NCBI GenBank assembly: GCA_963729605.1
Contig: CAVSNY010000007.1
Coordinates: 576,001 to 640,000 of the forward strand
Length of the DNA stretch: 64,000 nucleotides
Source of the DNA: an uncultured Gammaproteobacteria bacterium
GTDB lineage: Bacteria; Pseudomonadota; Gammaproteobacteria; DRLM01
Reading direction: 5' to 3'
The position numbers were made by a program, and so were the translations under genes. This document shows, piece after piece, positions 50,726 through 61,592 of this stretch (the stretch's first letter is position 1; each line of letters begins with the position of its first letter). Below the pieces are notes generated by a model. That model saw only the letters and a program-made list of their open reading frames with translations. It had not been told where the DNA came from and did no database searches.

Positions 50726-51868
50726 TCATAACCTTGGCTCCAGCGCCGCGAAGCGGATCGTCTCGGGCTCGAGTGTCAGCCGATAGCGGCGCGGGCGGGT
50801 GCCGCCGTCATCGATCAGGTAAGGTGCGGCCGCCGGACCCAGCGATTTCTTGAGTAGTTTTCGCAGCTTGCTCAGGTGCGACGAGAAGTATTCGCCGTCC
50901 ATGCCCTTTTTCAGGGCCCGTTCGGTGTGATCGCCGTCGGCCATATCGCCGACGATTCGGCGCAGTTCGTCCAAATACCACCGCGACCATTCGGTGTCGG
51001 GCACGTCTTTGGACGGTGCGGGTAACGCCGGCTCGTTACGCGAGGCGCGGTGCGCGAACACAGCCAGCAGTGCCAGTTCCGCCGGTGGCAAAGGGATGAT
51101 CTGATCCGCGGCGCGGATGCGCCGGTTCGCAAGGTCGAGCACCAGTTCCTTCGGTCCGAGCACCCGTTGGGCAGCGGCTACGCTGGCGCTGAAAGAGGTC
51201 GCGCCCTCGCGCAGCCGGTCGTCCAGGCCATGACGCATGCGCACGAAGGGGATCTCCGCCAACTCCACGATCGCATCCCGGCAATCGAGCGGACGCGGCT
51301 TGGTCTCGCGGGTCTGGATCACGCGCTGGTCACGGGTCGGGTAGTAGAACTCGGGGTGCGATTCGAAGGGTGCGGACACCAGTACATGCGACAGCCGGTC
51401 CTGCGGCCGACCGTAGAGTGACAACGCATAACCGAGATAATAGCCCATGGTCTTGCGGCCGCCGGCCAGCGAGACATGCATGGCCGTTTCCGGGTCGGCG
51501 GTCAGTTCGCGCACGATGTCCGCAATGAAATCGGCAACCCGTTCGTTGTTCGCCGGCGTGCGGATGTCGTCGAGCGGTTGGCCGTCGACATCGGTCACGA
51601 TGTGCAGGGTCGCGTCGTCGAAGCGCATCGCGGGCAGATCGTATTCGCGGCAGAGGAGATGGAACCAGCCCGGATCGTCAGACAGTAGATTCAGCCGCGC
51701 ATGCGCGGCGCCTTCGCCGGTGGTAATGACGTGGATCTCGGTGGGTATAAAGGCAACCCGTTTTTGAGCGGGTTTCACGGCCAAGGCATATAAAGTCTCC
51801 GTCACGATCTGCGGCGACAGGCCGGTGACGGCGAGCAGGATTCGTTTTGGATATTCGTATGGCTGCAT
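50726..51868 (-). CDS. NE0113-family CARF protein with C-terminal OmpR-like winged helix
   Basis: GLSPQIVTETLYAL, SLAGGRKTM, DRLSHVLV; C-terminal HLSKLRKLL..YRL. Confidence 0.85.
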   Translation of the reverse strand: MQPYEYPKRILLAVTGLSPQIVTETLYALAVKPAQKRVAFIPTEIHVITTGEGAAHARLNLLSDDPGWFHLLCREYDLPAMRFDDATLHIVTDVDGQPLDDIRTPANNERVADFIADIVRELTADPETAMHVSLAGGRKTMGYYLGYALSLYGRPQDRLSHVLVSAPFESHPEFYYPTRDQRVIQTRETKPRPLDCRDAIVELAEIPFVRMRHGLDDRLREGATSFSASVAAAQRVLGPKELVLDLANRRIRAADQIIPLPPAELALLAVFAHRASRNEPALPAPSKDVPDTEWSRWYLDELRRIVGDMADGDHTERALKKGMDGEYFSSHLSKLRKLLKKSLGPAAAPYLIDDGGTRPRRYRLTLEPETIRFAALEPRL

Positions 51869-51884
51869 ATTTTTCGCTGGTAGG

Positions 51885-52967
51885 TCAACCCGCCTGGCCT
51901 GATATGGGCTCGACGGCCCACCCCGAGGCATCGGTCATGGCGGGCACATCCGCCCCCGTTTGCTTCGGCAAGCTTGCGGCCGGCTCGAGCGTGTAGCGGC
52001 CTAATCCCATGCTGGTGCCCTTGCCGGCGTGCGTCCACTGACCGAGCCACAGATACGGCCAGAAGGCCGCCAACTCGCAGTCATCCAGCGATGCGGTTCC
52101 GGTCAATCCACCCATTTCCATGGTGGTCTGTTGACGGGTGCTGTAGCGCGTCCAGTCCTTCCAATGCAGTTCGGCCTTCGAAAAAGATACCGCGCGCGCT
52201 TGGTGGGTGAGGCCGGCGAAATCCGTCTCCAGCGGAGTGTCGGTATGAAAATAACTCAGCATGGAGATGCGCCTTAACAGGTTGCCGAACAGGTCGGCGA
52301 AGCGGAATTGGTCCGGCCCGACGTACTGCTCCGCGCGCCGCAGCCGCAGCGGGGTATGAAACCTCAGCCGCAGGCTTGAGGGCGCCGGCGGTGTTTCCAA
52401 TAATCGAGGCGCCTCCGCCGCCAATTCACTGCCCGGCCGGTAAATCTCCCGCCAGGCATCGGTCGTCGGATCGTCAGCCTGCTCGACGGCGATCAGGTCG
52501 AGCGGGGTGCGACCCGTGCCGAGGCCCTCGGCGCCTGCGCGCGCGAAGGCGTGAATCATGTAAGCCAGGGATTGGTTGGCGCGACCGAATAGCGTGAGGC
52601 CGAGGAGGTGTTCCGCGTCAGGGCCGATTTGCGGGGTCATGCCGTCTTCGAGTTCGATCAGGAACGGGTGCGGCGCGGCCGAATAACGCCGCATCTTGGC
52701 GGTCTCCGCGGGAGGCGGTGTTTCAAACAGATAAGGATAGGGACAGGACCGATAGAGCAAGCAGCCGCCGCAGGATTTCATGCGCGTGACGCAAACGGTG
52801 CGTTTGAGCGCATGGCCGAAGGCGCCACGCCAGGCCGAGCCGGCGTATTCGGGAAGCTTCGGTGTTCCCCGCGGCCTAAAGCGCAGGCGATAACGTGCCA
52901 GCGGAAGAACGGGTTTTACCCGCGATGAGGGTCCCGTGACGGTCTTATTGTTGTTGTGCCGGGACAC
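51885..52967 (-). CDS. cas6: Cas6 crRNA processing endoribonuclease
   Basis: GSAWRGAFG, CxxC..CPY, HAGKGTSMGLG. Confidence 0.92.
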   Translation of the reverse strand: MSRHNNNKTVTGPSSRVKPVLPLARYRLRFRPRGTPKLPEYAGSAWRGAFGHALKRTVCVTRMKSCGGCLLYRSCPYPYLFETPPPAETAKMRRYSAAPHPFLIELEDGMTPQIGPDAEHLLGLTLFGRANQSLAYMIHAFARAGAEGLGTGRTPLDLIAVEQADDPTTDAWREIYRPGSELAAEAPRLLETPPAPSSLRLRFHTPLRLRRAEQYVGPDQFRFADLFGNLLRRISMLSYFHTDTPLETDFAGLTHQARAVSFSKAELHWKDWTRYSTRQQTTMEMGGLTGTASLDDCELAAFWPYLWLGQWTHAGKGTSMGLGRYTLEPAASLPKQTGADVPAMTDASGWAVEPISGQAG

Positions 52968-53291
52968 GGTTATTCAGCCTCCCTTGCTTATTTCAGATGA
53001 TCCTAGCTTAAATCCGGATGGAAGGCGAAGTCTCCGCCGGCAAGCTTGCCGTCTGATTAGGAGGCGACAGCGGGGGTCATCTATTGATGTAGATGTGATG
53101 GCATCGCTTGAGGGCGGCGGCGCAATCGAAGTGTAACGATGCGGCGTCGAAAGAGCGGGGGATGTGTTCATGACGCTCTCGGTTACCGGATAGGGGTTCC
53201 ACGCCGCACCGCGGGCGCCAGTTCCCTACTGCCACCGGGCAGGCCGAGCGCGTAGAATGTCCCGTTTTGAAATCGCCAGGACTGATCTTCG

Positions 53292-53876
53292 ATGGGGGAT
53301 GGAAACACGCGGCGCCGCGAGCCAAGCTGGCGACCGGCACGACAGTTGTTGCGGAGCGCGGCCACGCCGGACGCCTGGGATTGGCTGCTCGACGGAGGCT
53401 CTCTCACCCAGCGTCTGCGGCGGGCTTGTGCCGGCCGTTTTCGGGTGGCGGTCCGCCGGCAGGCATGGGGCCGGCCGCTGCCCAGTGAAAGGCGTATTCT
53501 GAATATGGCGCATGGTGAACGGGCGGTGATCCGTGAGGTGCATCTGCTGTGTGGCGATACGCCGTGGGTGTTCGCGCGCACGGTGATCCCGGTCAGCACC
53601 TTGCGCGGGCCTCAACGCCGTTTGACCCGCCTGGGCTCCAAGCCTCTAGGCGCAGCCTTATTCGCCGATCCGTCCCTGCGGCGCGGCGCGGTGGAAGTGG
53701 CCTGCCTGCGGCGCGGCGAGCCGCCGTATATACGGGCGATGCAGGGTGTCGCGTCGTCCGCCGCGAGGATTTGGGGGCGGCGTTCGGTGTTTCGCCTGCA
53801 GGAACGGCCCTTGCTGGTGAGCGAAATTTTTCTGCCCGCGCTGTGGGCGCGGAGCGGCGATGAAGAGCGAAGATGA
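53292..53876 (+). CDS. ubiC: Chorismate lyase (start uncertain)
   Basis: WLLDGGSLT, REVHL..PWVFARTVIP, LGSKPLG, LLVSEIFLP. Confidence 0.9.
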   Translation: MGDGNTRRREPSWRPARQLLRSAATPDAWDWLLDGGSLTQRLRRACAGRFRVAVRRQAWGRPLPSERRILNMAHGERAVIREVHLLCGDTPWVFARTVIPVSTLRGPQRRLTRLGSKPLGAALFADPSLRRGAVEVACLRRGEPPYIRAMQGVASSAARIWGRRSVFRLQERPLLVSEIFLPALWARSGDEERR

Positions 53877-53935
53877 GGCCGTGTGTCCAGACCGTGGTTT
53901 GAAACGTCGGCGGATGTGTCCGCAACAGGTGCAGC

Positions 53936-54802
53936 GTGATGGGTAATCAGCGGCTCCGCCAATACGCTTTATTGATGCGGCTCGACCGGCCCATCGGTAT
54001 TTTATTGCTGCTGTGGCCGACCTTGTGGGCGCTGTGGATCGCCGGCGCCGGTCACCCCGATCCGCTGGTGGTCACGGTCTTCGTGCTGGGCGTGGTGCTG
54101 ATGCGTTCCGCCGGCTGCGTGATCAACGATTACGCCGACCGCCATGTCGATCCCCACGTGGCGCGCACCAAGGGACGGCCGATCGCGGCGGGCAAGGTGG
54201 CGCCGCGCGAGGCCTTGTGGCTGTTCGCCGCCTTGTGTCTGACGGCCTTCGTTCTGGTGCTGCTGATGAATCCGCTCACCATCCTGATGTCCTTGGGCGG
54301 CGTGGTGCTGGCGGCGGTGTATCCCTTCATGAAGCGTTATACCCATCTGCCGCAGGTGGTGCTGGGCATGGCCTTCGGCTGGGCGGTGCCGATGGCCTTC
54401 GCGGCGCAGACCGGCGCGGCGCCGCCGCTGGCCTGGCTGCTGTTCGTCGCGACCATCTTGTGGGCGACGGCGTATGACACCATGTATGCCATGGTGGACC
54501 GCAACGATGATCTGCGGATCGGCGTCAAATCCACCGCGATTCTGTTCGGCGAGGCCGACCGGGTGTTGATCGCCTTATTGCAGGCCATGGTGTTGTTGAC
54601 CTTGGCGCTGGTGGGGAAACAAGCCGGCCTGGGCGATATCTATTACCTGAGCCTCGGCCTGGCGGCGGGTCTGGCGGTGTATCAGCTGTATCTGATCCGC
54701 CGCCGCGACGGCGCCGGTTGTTTCAAGGCCTTTTTGAACAACAACTGGTTGGGCGCGGTGGTGTTCGCGGGGATCGCGCTCGACTATTATGCCGCGGGCT
54801 AG
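53936..54802 (+). CDS. ubiA: 4-hydroxybenzoate octaprenyltransferase
   Basis: [33 protein letters not shown]. Confidence 0.97.
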   Translation: MMGNQRLRQYALLMRLDRPIGILLLLWPTLWALWIAGAGHPDPLVVTVFVLGVVLMRSAGCVINDYADRHVDPHVARTKGRPIAAGKVAPREALWLFAALCLTAFVLVLLMNPLTILMSLGGVVLAAVYPFMKRYTHLPQVVLGMAFGWAVPMAFAAQTGAAPPLAWLLFVATILWATAYDTMYAMVDRNDDLRIGVKSTAILFGEADRVLIALLQAMVLLTLALVGKQAGLGDIYYLSLGLAAGLAVYQLYLIRRRDGAGCFKAFLNNNWLGAVVFAGIALDYYAAG

Positions 54803-54881
54803 CCCGCGGTTGGCAGCGGGCGCGGCCCGTGGGAAGATGGGCGCCCGGCCGGGACGGCGGCGCATGAACGGGATGAACGCT

Positions 54882-55085
54882 ATGCAGACCGAAATTTTCG
54901 CGGTGAATAACGTCAAGTGCGGCGGTTGCGCCGGCACCATTCAGCGGGGTCTCGCGGACTTGTCCGGCGTGATCGAGGTGGAGGTCAAGGCGCCCGGCGG
55001 ACCGGTCACGGTGCGCGGCGAAGGTTTGGAGCGCGCGGCGCTGGCGAAAAAACTGGCGGAGCTCGGTTACCCCGAGGCCGTGTAA
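54882..55085 (+). CDS. Heavy-metal-associated (CopZ-like) protein
   Basis: NVKCGGC; C-terminal LGY. Confidence 0.85.
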   Translation: MQTEIFAVNNVKCGGCAGTIQRGLADLSGVIEVEVKAPGGPVTVRGEGLERAALAKKLAELGYPEAV

Positions 55086-55094
55086 AAATTTAGG

Positions 55095-56106
55095 ATGACG
55101 ATGACCGTGACGAATAAATCCGCGCCGGCCCAGCCGGGCGCTCACCGCTTCCGGACCTTGGGACTGGCGGTGTTGGAGATCGAAGCGAGGGCGGTGGCCG
55201 CCCTCGCCGAACGGGTGGACGAACACTTCGAGCGCGCTTGCGAACTGATGCTGGCCTGCGAAGGGCGCATCGTGGTGCTGGGCATGGGCAAGTCGGGCCA
55301 TATCGGCAGCAAGATCGCCGCGACCTTGGCCAGCACCGGCAGCCCGGCGTTTTTCGTCCATCCCGGCGAAGCCAGCCACGGCGACTTGGGCATGATCACC
55401 GTCAAGGACGTGGTGCTGGCCTTTTCCAATTCCGGCGAGACCGGCGAGATCCTCACCATTCTGCCCATCATCAAACGGCTGGGCGTGCCCTTGGTCGCCC
55501 TCACCGGCAATCCCGCGTCCACGCTGGCCACCCTGGCCGACGCCCACATCAACGTCGGCGTGGCGCAGGAGGCCTGTCCGCTGGATCTTGCCCCCACCGC
55601 CAGCACCACCGCGGCCTTGGCGATGGGCGACGCATTGGCCATCGCCCTGCTCGAGGCGCGCGGCTTCACCCGCGACGACTTCGCCCGCTCCCATCCCGGC
55701 GGTCGTCTGGGCCGGCGATTGTTGCTGCACGTCAGCGACGTGATGCGCAGCGGCGAGGCCCTGCCGATGGTCGGTCCCCATGTGAAGCTGAGCGCGGCCT
55801 TGCTGGAGATCACCCGCAAGGGCATGGGTATGACTGCCATCGTCGACGAGCAGCGCAAGGTGCTGGGCATCTACACCGACGGCGATTTGCGCCGCAGCCT
55901 GGATCACGCGCATGGATGTGCACACCACACTCATCGGCGAATTGATGACCCCCGGTTGCAAGACCGTGCGCCCCGAGATACTGGCCGCCGAGGCCATTCA
56001 AGTGATGGAGGCCGCCAAGATCAACGGCCTGCTGGTGGTGGACGAAGACAACCGGCTGGTGGGCGCCTTGAACATGCACGACCTGCTGCGCGCCGGCGTG
56101 GCGTAG
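55095..56106 (+). CDS. kdsD: Arabinose-5-phosphate isomerase; frameshift near 55905, likely an error
   Basis: GMGKSGHIG, HPGEASHGDLG, HPGG.LG; second CBS domain in the 55912-56106 frame. Confidence 0.92.
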
Positions 56107-56134
56107 CGGCCGATCATCTAACGTAAGGATATTC

Positions 56135-56683
56135 ATGCAAGACGTATTGCAAAAGGCGGCGCGGATCCGTTTGGTGATCTTCGACGTGGACGGCGTGCTC
56201 ACCGACGGCGGCCTGCATTTCGACGAGGCGGGCCGCGAGAATAAAGTATTCAACTCCCGCGACGGCCACGGCCTCAAGTTGCTGCAGGGCGCCGGCGTCG
56301 AACTGGCGGTGATCTCGGGGCGCAGCTCGGGCGCGGTCACCCATCGCATGAGCGGACTGGGCATACAACGCGTCTATCAAGGTCAGCGCGACAAGTTGCC
56401 GGCCTTTTATGAATTGCTGCGCGACGTAAACGTGGCCGCCGAACACACGGCCTATGTCGGCGACGACGTGGTGGACCTGCCGGTGATGTTGCGAGTGGGT
56501 TTGGCGGTGGCGGTGCAGGACGCCCATCCCCTGGTCAAGCAGCACGCCCATTGGCAAACCCCGAGTCCCGGCGGGCGCGGCGCGGCGCGGGATTTGAGTG
56601 AGTTGATCTTGGAGGCGCAGGGCAAACTCGCGGGCCTGTGGGCGGGTTATTTGAGCGTGGATCCGGTGACCCGTACGGTGTAA
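56135..56683 (+). CDS. kdsC: KDO 8-phosphate phosphatase
   Basis: FDVDGVLTDG, GDDVVD, GGRGAAR. Confidence 0.95.
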   Translation: MQDVLQKAARIRLVIFDVDGVLTDGGLHFDEAGRENKVFNSRDGHGLKLLQGAGVELAVISGRSSGAVTHRMSGLGIQRVYQGQRDKLPAFYELLRDVNVAAEHTAYVGDDVVDLPVMLRVGLAVAVQDAHPLVKQHAHWQTPSPGGRGAARDLSELILEAQGKLAGLWAGYLSVDPVTRTV

Positions 56684-56686
56684 TGC

Positions 56687-57262
56687 ATGCCCTTGCGCGC
56701 GGATAAAGGCTTAGTGGTGGTGACGGTGGCGGTGTTGTCGACCTTGAGCTGGTGGTTCCCGTTCCGCATGGGGCCGGCCCCGACCGAGACGCCCGCGATG
56801 GCCGAGGCGCGCCACATCCCGGATTTCTTTTTGACCGAGTTCGATCTCACCAGCATGGATATCACCGGCGCACCGCGTTACCGCCTGCAAGCGCAGACCA
56901 TGACCCACTACGTCGATGACGATACGGCGGACATGAGCTTGCCGCGCATGACCCTGTTCCGCGCCGACGCGGCGCCTTGGCAGGCCAGTGCCGGGCAGGG
57001 CTGGGTGGCGGGTCAAGGGGAGATGGTTAAATTGAGGGAAGATGTCGTGATCGAGCGGCCGGCGAGCGCCGCGGCGCAAAGGTTGGAGATCCGCACCGAC
57101 GAGATGCGGGTGTGGCCCGCCGAGGGATATGCCGAGACCGAACGGTCGGTGGCCCTGCGCAGTGATTTGGGTGTGACCCGCGCGGTGGGCATGCACGCCG
57201 ATTTCAAACACGATGTGGTGGAATTGCGTGCCGAGGTGCGTGGGGAATATGCGGCGCCTTAA
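56687..57262 (+). CDS. lptC: LPS export protein LptC
   Basis: N-terminal TM helix, beta-jellyroll pattern, operon position. Confidence 0.88.
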   Translation: MPLRADKGLVVVTVAVLSTLSWWFPFRMGPAPTETPAMAEARHIPDFFLTEFDLTSMDITGAPRYRLQAQTMTHYVDDDTADMSLPRMTLFRADAAPWQASAGQGWVAGQGEMVKLREDVVIERPASAAAQRLEIRTDEMRVWPAEGYAETERSVALRSDLGVTRAVGMHADFKHDVVELRAEVRGEYAAP

Positions 57263-57803
57263 TCACCGGGACATCGCCGGGCTGTTGGCGGGGCTGCTGC
57301 TGGCCGGCGGGCCGGTCCATGCCTTGTCCACCGATAAGCAGCAGCCGATCTACATCGAGGCCGACAACGTCACCATCGACGACGGGCGCGGGGTGGCGGT
57401 GTATCGCGGCAATGTCCACTTCAAGCAGGGCAGCGCCCAGCTCACCGCCGACGAGGTGACCGTGTCCAGCACCGATCGCAAGCAGGTGGACAAGGTGATC
57501 GCCACCGGCGCGCCCGCCACCTTCCGCCAGCGGCCCGACAACAAAGACGAAGACATGCGCGGCCAAGCGTTGCGGATCGAATATTTCGCCAATGACGAGC
57601 GGGTGGTGCTGGAAAACCAGGCCCAGCTCTGGCAGGGCCAGAATGAATTCACCGGCAACCGCATCGAATATCGCGCCGGCGAGGAGGTGGTGCGGGCGCA
57701 CAAGGCGCCGGACGACAGCCGGCGGGTGCAGGTCATCATCCAGCCGCGGCAGGCGGCGCCGGAGCCGGACGCCGCGCCGCCGTCGAACAAACCCGCGCCA
57801 TGA
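57249..57803 (+). CDS. lptA: LPS transport protein LptA
   Basis: [29 protein letters not shown]. Confidence 0.92.
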   Translation: MRRLNHRDIAGLLAGLLLAGGPVHALSTDKQQPIYIEADNVTIDDGRGVAVYRGNVHFKQGSAQLTADEVTVSSTDRKQVDKVIATGAPATFRQRPDNKDEDMRGQALRIEYFANDERVVLENQAQLWQGQNEFTGNRIEYRAGEEVVRAHKAPDDSRRVQVIIQPRQAAPEPDAAPPSNKPAP

Positions 57804-58528
57804 GCAGCCTGCTCCGCGCCGAGGGGCTCACCAAGCGTTATCGCGCGCGCCAGGTGGTGAACGGGGTGTCGCTGCATCTGGGCGGCGGCGAGGTGGTGGG
57901 GCTGCTGGGCCCCAACGGCGCGGGCAAGACCACCTGTTTTTATATGATCGTCGGGCTGATTGGCACCGACGAGGGCAGCATTCAGCTCGATGACCGCGAC
58001 ATCACCGCCTATCCCATGCACGTCCGCGCCCGCTTGGGTGTGGGTTATCTGCCGCAAGAGGCCTCGGTGTTCCGCAAGCTGAGCGTGGCGCAGAATATCC
58101 TGGCCATCCTCGAAACCCTGCCGGAGATGAATCGCGCCGAACGCACCGAACGCTGCGACGAATTGCTGGAAGAATTGCATATCGCGCACTTGCGCGACAG
58201 CATGGGCATGAGCCTGTCGGGCGGCGAACGGCGCCGTCTGGAGATCGCGCGGGCGCTCGCCACCCGCCCCCGCTTCATTCTGCTCGACGAGCCCTTCGCC
58301 GGCGTCGATCCCATTTCGGTGATGGACATCCAGGCGATTATCAAGCATTTGACCGAAAAAGGAATCGGTGTGCTGATTACCGATCACAACGTGCGGGAAA
58401 CCCTCGGTATCTGTGGCCGCGCCTACATCATGAGCGAGGGCCAGGTCATCGCCGAAGGGGCGCCGCAACAGATCTTGTTGAATGAACGGGTCCGTCAGGT
58501 GTATTTGGGGGAACATTTCACTCTTTAG
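57800..58528 (+). CDS. lptB: LPS export ABC ATPase
   Basis: [35 protein letters not shown]. Confidence 0.97.
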   Translation: MSSLLRAEGLTKRYRARQVVNGVSLHLGGGEVVGLLGPNGAGKTTCFYMIVGLIGTDEGSIQLDDRDITAYPMHVRARLGVGYLPQEASVFRKLSVAQNILAILETLPEMNRAERTERCDELLEELHIAHLRDSMGMSLSGGERRRLEIARALATRPRFILLDEPFAGVDPISVMDIQAIIKHLTEKGIGVLITDHNVRETLGICGRAYIMSEGQVIAEGAPQQILLNERVRQVYLGEHFTL

Positions 58529-58612
58529 CGAATGCTCTACAGCGATAGGCAATTGCGTTAAACTAAGCGGGCTTTAGGAATAGTCGTTTTCTTATGATGA
58601 ATACGTAACGGA

Positions 58613-60124
58613 ATGAAACAGTCGCTCCAACTCCGGCTTGGACAACAGCTCACCATGACCCCGCAATTGCAGCAGGCCATCCGCCTGTTGCAATTGTCGA
58701 CCTTGGAATTGCAGGCCGAGGTGCAACAGGCCCTGGAGAGTAACCCCCTGCTGGAACTGGCCGAGGAAGGCGAGTCCCATGCCGGCGAGGCGGATTTTGG
58801 GGCGGACGCGCCGGCCTATGAGTTGCTCAACGGCCAGGACACCGCCGGCGCCATGGGTTTGAGCGAGGAGGCGCGCGTCGGCGGCGACGAGCCGCCGGGC
58901 GGCGAGATGGCCACCGACATCCCTCAAGATCTGCCGGTGGACACCAGTTGGGACGATGTCTACGACTCCGGCAGCAGCGGCGCCGCCGCCGGGCCGGACA
59001 ACGACCTGCGCGGCCAGGAGCTGCAAGGCACGCCTTCCGAAAGCCTCAACGATCACCTGGTATGGCAGATGGGGCTCACGCCTTTTTCCGAGACCGACCG
59101 CGCCATCGCCACCGCCATCGTCGACGCCATCGACGAGGACGGCTATCTCACCCTGTCGCTCGAGGACATCCATCAGGGCTTGGGCGAAGACCTCGATGTC
59201 GAACTCGACGAGGTCGAAGCGGTATTGCACCGCATTCAGCGTTTCGATCCGCCCGGCGTCGGCGCCCGCGACCTGCGCGAATGCCTGCTGATCCAGTTGC
59301 GGCAGTTGCCCGAGGACGTGCCGTGGCTGGCGCAGGCCAAGCAATTGGTCGATGAACACCTCGCCTCGCTGGGCGGCCGCGATTACGCGCATTTGATCCG
59401 CCGTCTGAAATTGAACGAGACCGACTTGCAGTGCGTCATCGAATTGATCCAGTCCTTGAATCCGCGGCCCGGCGGCACGGTGGCCTCGTCGCAGGCCGAA
59501 TACGTGATCCCCGACGTGATCGTGCGCAAACATCAGGGCGCGTGGCGGGTCGAACTCAATGACGAGGCGATGCCGCGCCTGCGCATCAACAAGCATTACG
59601 CCGGCCTGATCCGGCGCGCCGACAACAGCAACGACAACACCTATCTCAAAGGGCAATTGCAGGAGGCGCGCTGGTTCATGAAGAGCCTGCAAAGCCGCCA
59701 TGAAACCTTGCTCAAGGTGGCGAGCTGCATCGTCGAACGCCAGCGCGGATTTTTGGAACACGGCGAAGAGGCCATGAAGGCCTTGGTGCTGCACGACGTG
59801 GCGGAGACGGTGGGCATGCACGAATCCACCATCTCGCGGGTCACCACCAAAAAATACATGTGGACCCCGCGCGGCATCTTCGAACTCAAATATTTCTTTT
59901 CCAGCCATGTCAGCACCGCCGCCGGCGGCGTCTGTTCCGCGACGGCGATCCGCGCCCTGATCAAAAAACTGATCGCCGCCGAGAATCACCGCAAACCGCT
60001 CAGCGACAGCAAGCTCGCTTCCATCTTGTGCGAACAGGGCATCAACGTAGCGCGGCGCACGGTGGCGAAATATCGCGAGGCGATGGCCATCCCGCCCTCC
60101 AACGAGCGCAAGCAATTAGTCTAA
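58613..60124 (+). CDS. rpoN: Sigma-54
   Basis: [31 protein letters not shown]. Confidence 0.98.
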   Translation: MKQSLQLRLGQQLTMTPQLQQAIRLLQLSTLELQAEVQQALESNPLLELAEEGESHAGEADFGADAPAYELLNGQDTAGAMGLSEEARVGGDEPPGGEMATDIPQDLPVDTSWDDVYDSGSSGAAAGPDNDLRGQELQGTPSESLNDHLVWQMGLTPFSETDRAIATAIVDAIDEDGYLTLSLEDIHQGLGEDLDVELDEVEAVLHRIQRFDPPGVGARDLRECLLIQLRQLPEDVPWLAQAKQLVDEHLASLGGRDYAHLIRRLKLNETDLQCVIELIQSLNPRPGGTVASSQAEYVIPDVIVRKHQGAWRVELNDEAMPRLRINKHYAGLIRRADNSNDNTYLKGQLQEARWFMKSLQSRHETLLKVASCIVERQRGFLEHGEEAMKALVLHDVAETVGMHESTISRVTTKKYMWTPRGIFELKYFFSSHVSTAAGGVCSATAIRALIKKLIAAENHRKPLSDSKLASILCEQGINVARRTVAKYREAMAIPPSNERKQLV

Positions 60125-60150
60125 ACTAAAAGCAAACGAGGTAAGCAGTA

Positions 60151-60459
60151 ATGCAAATTCAATTGAGTGGACATCATGTGGAGCTCACGCCCGCCTTGCA
60201 GCAGTACGTGACGGAGAAGATGGACCGGCTGGCGCGGCACTCCGACAACGTCAGCAATGTGCACGTGGTGTTGAGCGTGGAGAAATTGCGGCAGAAGGCC
60301 GAGGCCACCATTCATTTGACGCGGGGCACGGTGTTCGCGGACGCCGAGGCCGAGGACATGTACGCGGCGATCGACGCGCTGGTCGACAAGCTCGACCGGC
60401 AGGTGAAAAAACAAAAAGAAAAGAATACCGACTACCGCAGCGGCGGCGTCGCCAAGTGA
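60151..60459 (+). CDS. hpf: Ribosome hibernation promoting factor
   Basis: GHHVELT.AL..YV..K, DMYAAID. Confidence 0.95.
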   Translation: MQIQLSGHHVELTPALQQYVTEKMDRLARHSDNVSNVHVVLSVEKLRQKAEATIHLTRGTVFADAEAEDMYAAIDALVDKLDRQVKKQKEKNTDYRSGGVAK

Positions 60460-60509
60460 GACTAATCCGGCGGGTCGCGTGATCATGATGCGCCGGTGGG
60501 GGGATTGAC

Positions 60510-60998
60510 ATGCAAATTGGTGATTTCATCACACCGGACCGCGTCGCGTACCGCTTGCACGCCGCCAGTAAAAAACGCGCCTTAGAATTGGTGAGCGGTT
60601 TGCTGGCCGGCGGCGATGCGAATTTGACGGAGGTCGAGATATTCGATTGCCTGGTCGCGCGCGAACGTTTGGGCAGCACCGGCCTCGGCCATGGCATCGC
60701 CCTGCCGCACGGCCGGATCAAAGGCCTCAAGCGGATCATGGGGGCCTTGGTGCGGTTGGATCAGGGCGTCGATTTCGATGCCATCGACGGCGCGCGGGTG
60801 GATATCGTCTGCGCCCTGGTGGTGCCCGCCGAGGCCACCGAAGAACATCTTCAACTGCTGGCGTCGTTGGCGGCCTTGTTCGGCGAGACCGATATGCGCG
60901 ACCGTTTGCGGCGCGCCGAGTCGGCGGCGCAATTGTACGATCTACTGACCTCGCAAGATGCCGCGCCGGTGAAACAGGCGGCGGCGCCGCGGCGCTGA
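60510..60998 (+). CDS. ptsN: PTS EIIA(Ntr)
   Basis: SKKRALE, RERLGSTGLGHGIALPHGR. Confidence 0.95.
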   Translation: MQIGDFITPDRVAYRLHAASKKRALELVSGLLAGGDANLTEVEIFDCLVARERLGSTGLGHGIALPHGRIKGLKRIMGALVRLDQGVDFDAIDGARVDIVCALVVPAEATEEHLQLLASLAALFGETDMRDRLRRAESAAQLYDLLTSQDAAPVKQAAAPRR

Positions 60999-61030
60999 CC
61001 CGTCCCGCCGCGCGCGGCCGGAGACCGCTG

Positions 61031-61564
61031 ATGGCCAAGCAGACCACGACGCTGCACGGGGTGTTCATGGAAGTCATGGGCCTCGGCGTGTTGTTGTCCG
61101 GGGCCAGCGGGGTGGGCAAAAGCGAGCTGGCGCTGGAACTGTTGACGCGCGGCCATCGTCTTATTGCCGACGACGCGCCGATATTTTCCCGGCTGGCCGA
61201 GGATATGGTGGAGGGTGTCTGTCCACCGCCCCTGCACGATTTTCTGGAAGTGCGCGGTTTGGGCATCATCAATATCCGCGCGATGTACGGCGACGGCGCC
61301 ATTGCCGAGCGGGCGGTGCTGCAACTCATCGTGCATTTGCAGTGGCTGCGCGACGAGGAGTTGGTCAATCTCGATCGTCTGCGCGCCAGCAAGGATGACG
61401 TGAAGGTGTTGGGGGTCGCGGTGCCGCGTATCATGCTGCCGGTGGCGGCGGGCCGCGAACTGGCGGTGCTGGCCGAGGCGGCGGTACGCAGCCATGTGTT
61501 GGCGGTGAGCGGTTACGACGCGGCGGAGGATTTCGCGCAGCGTCAGCATCGTTACATGAGTTAG
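61031..61564 (+). CDS. hprK: HPr kinase/phosphorylase, short form without the N-terminal domain
   Basis: LHGV, GASGVGKSELALEL..RGH.LIADD, LEVRGLG. Confidence 0.9.
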   Translation: MAKQTTTLHGVFMEVMGLGVLLSGASGVGKSELALELLTRGHRLIADDAPIFSRLAEDMVEGVCPPPLHDFLEVRGLGIINIRAMYGDGAIAERAVLQLIVHLQWLRDEELVNLDRLRASKDDVKVLGVAVPRIMLPVAAGRELAVLAEAAVRSHVLAVSGYDAAEDFAQRQHRYMS

Positions 61565-61592
61565 GGCCGGTTAACGGACCCTAAAGGGTGAT

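Noticed and set aside
55895-55915. kdsD frameshift as a pseudogene
   Set aside because: LPS pathway gene in an intact operon; likely an indel error
61031-61564. Short HprK as a novelty
   Set aside because: HprK lacking the N-terminal domain is known in proteobacterial PTS-Ntr clusters
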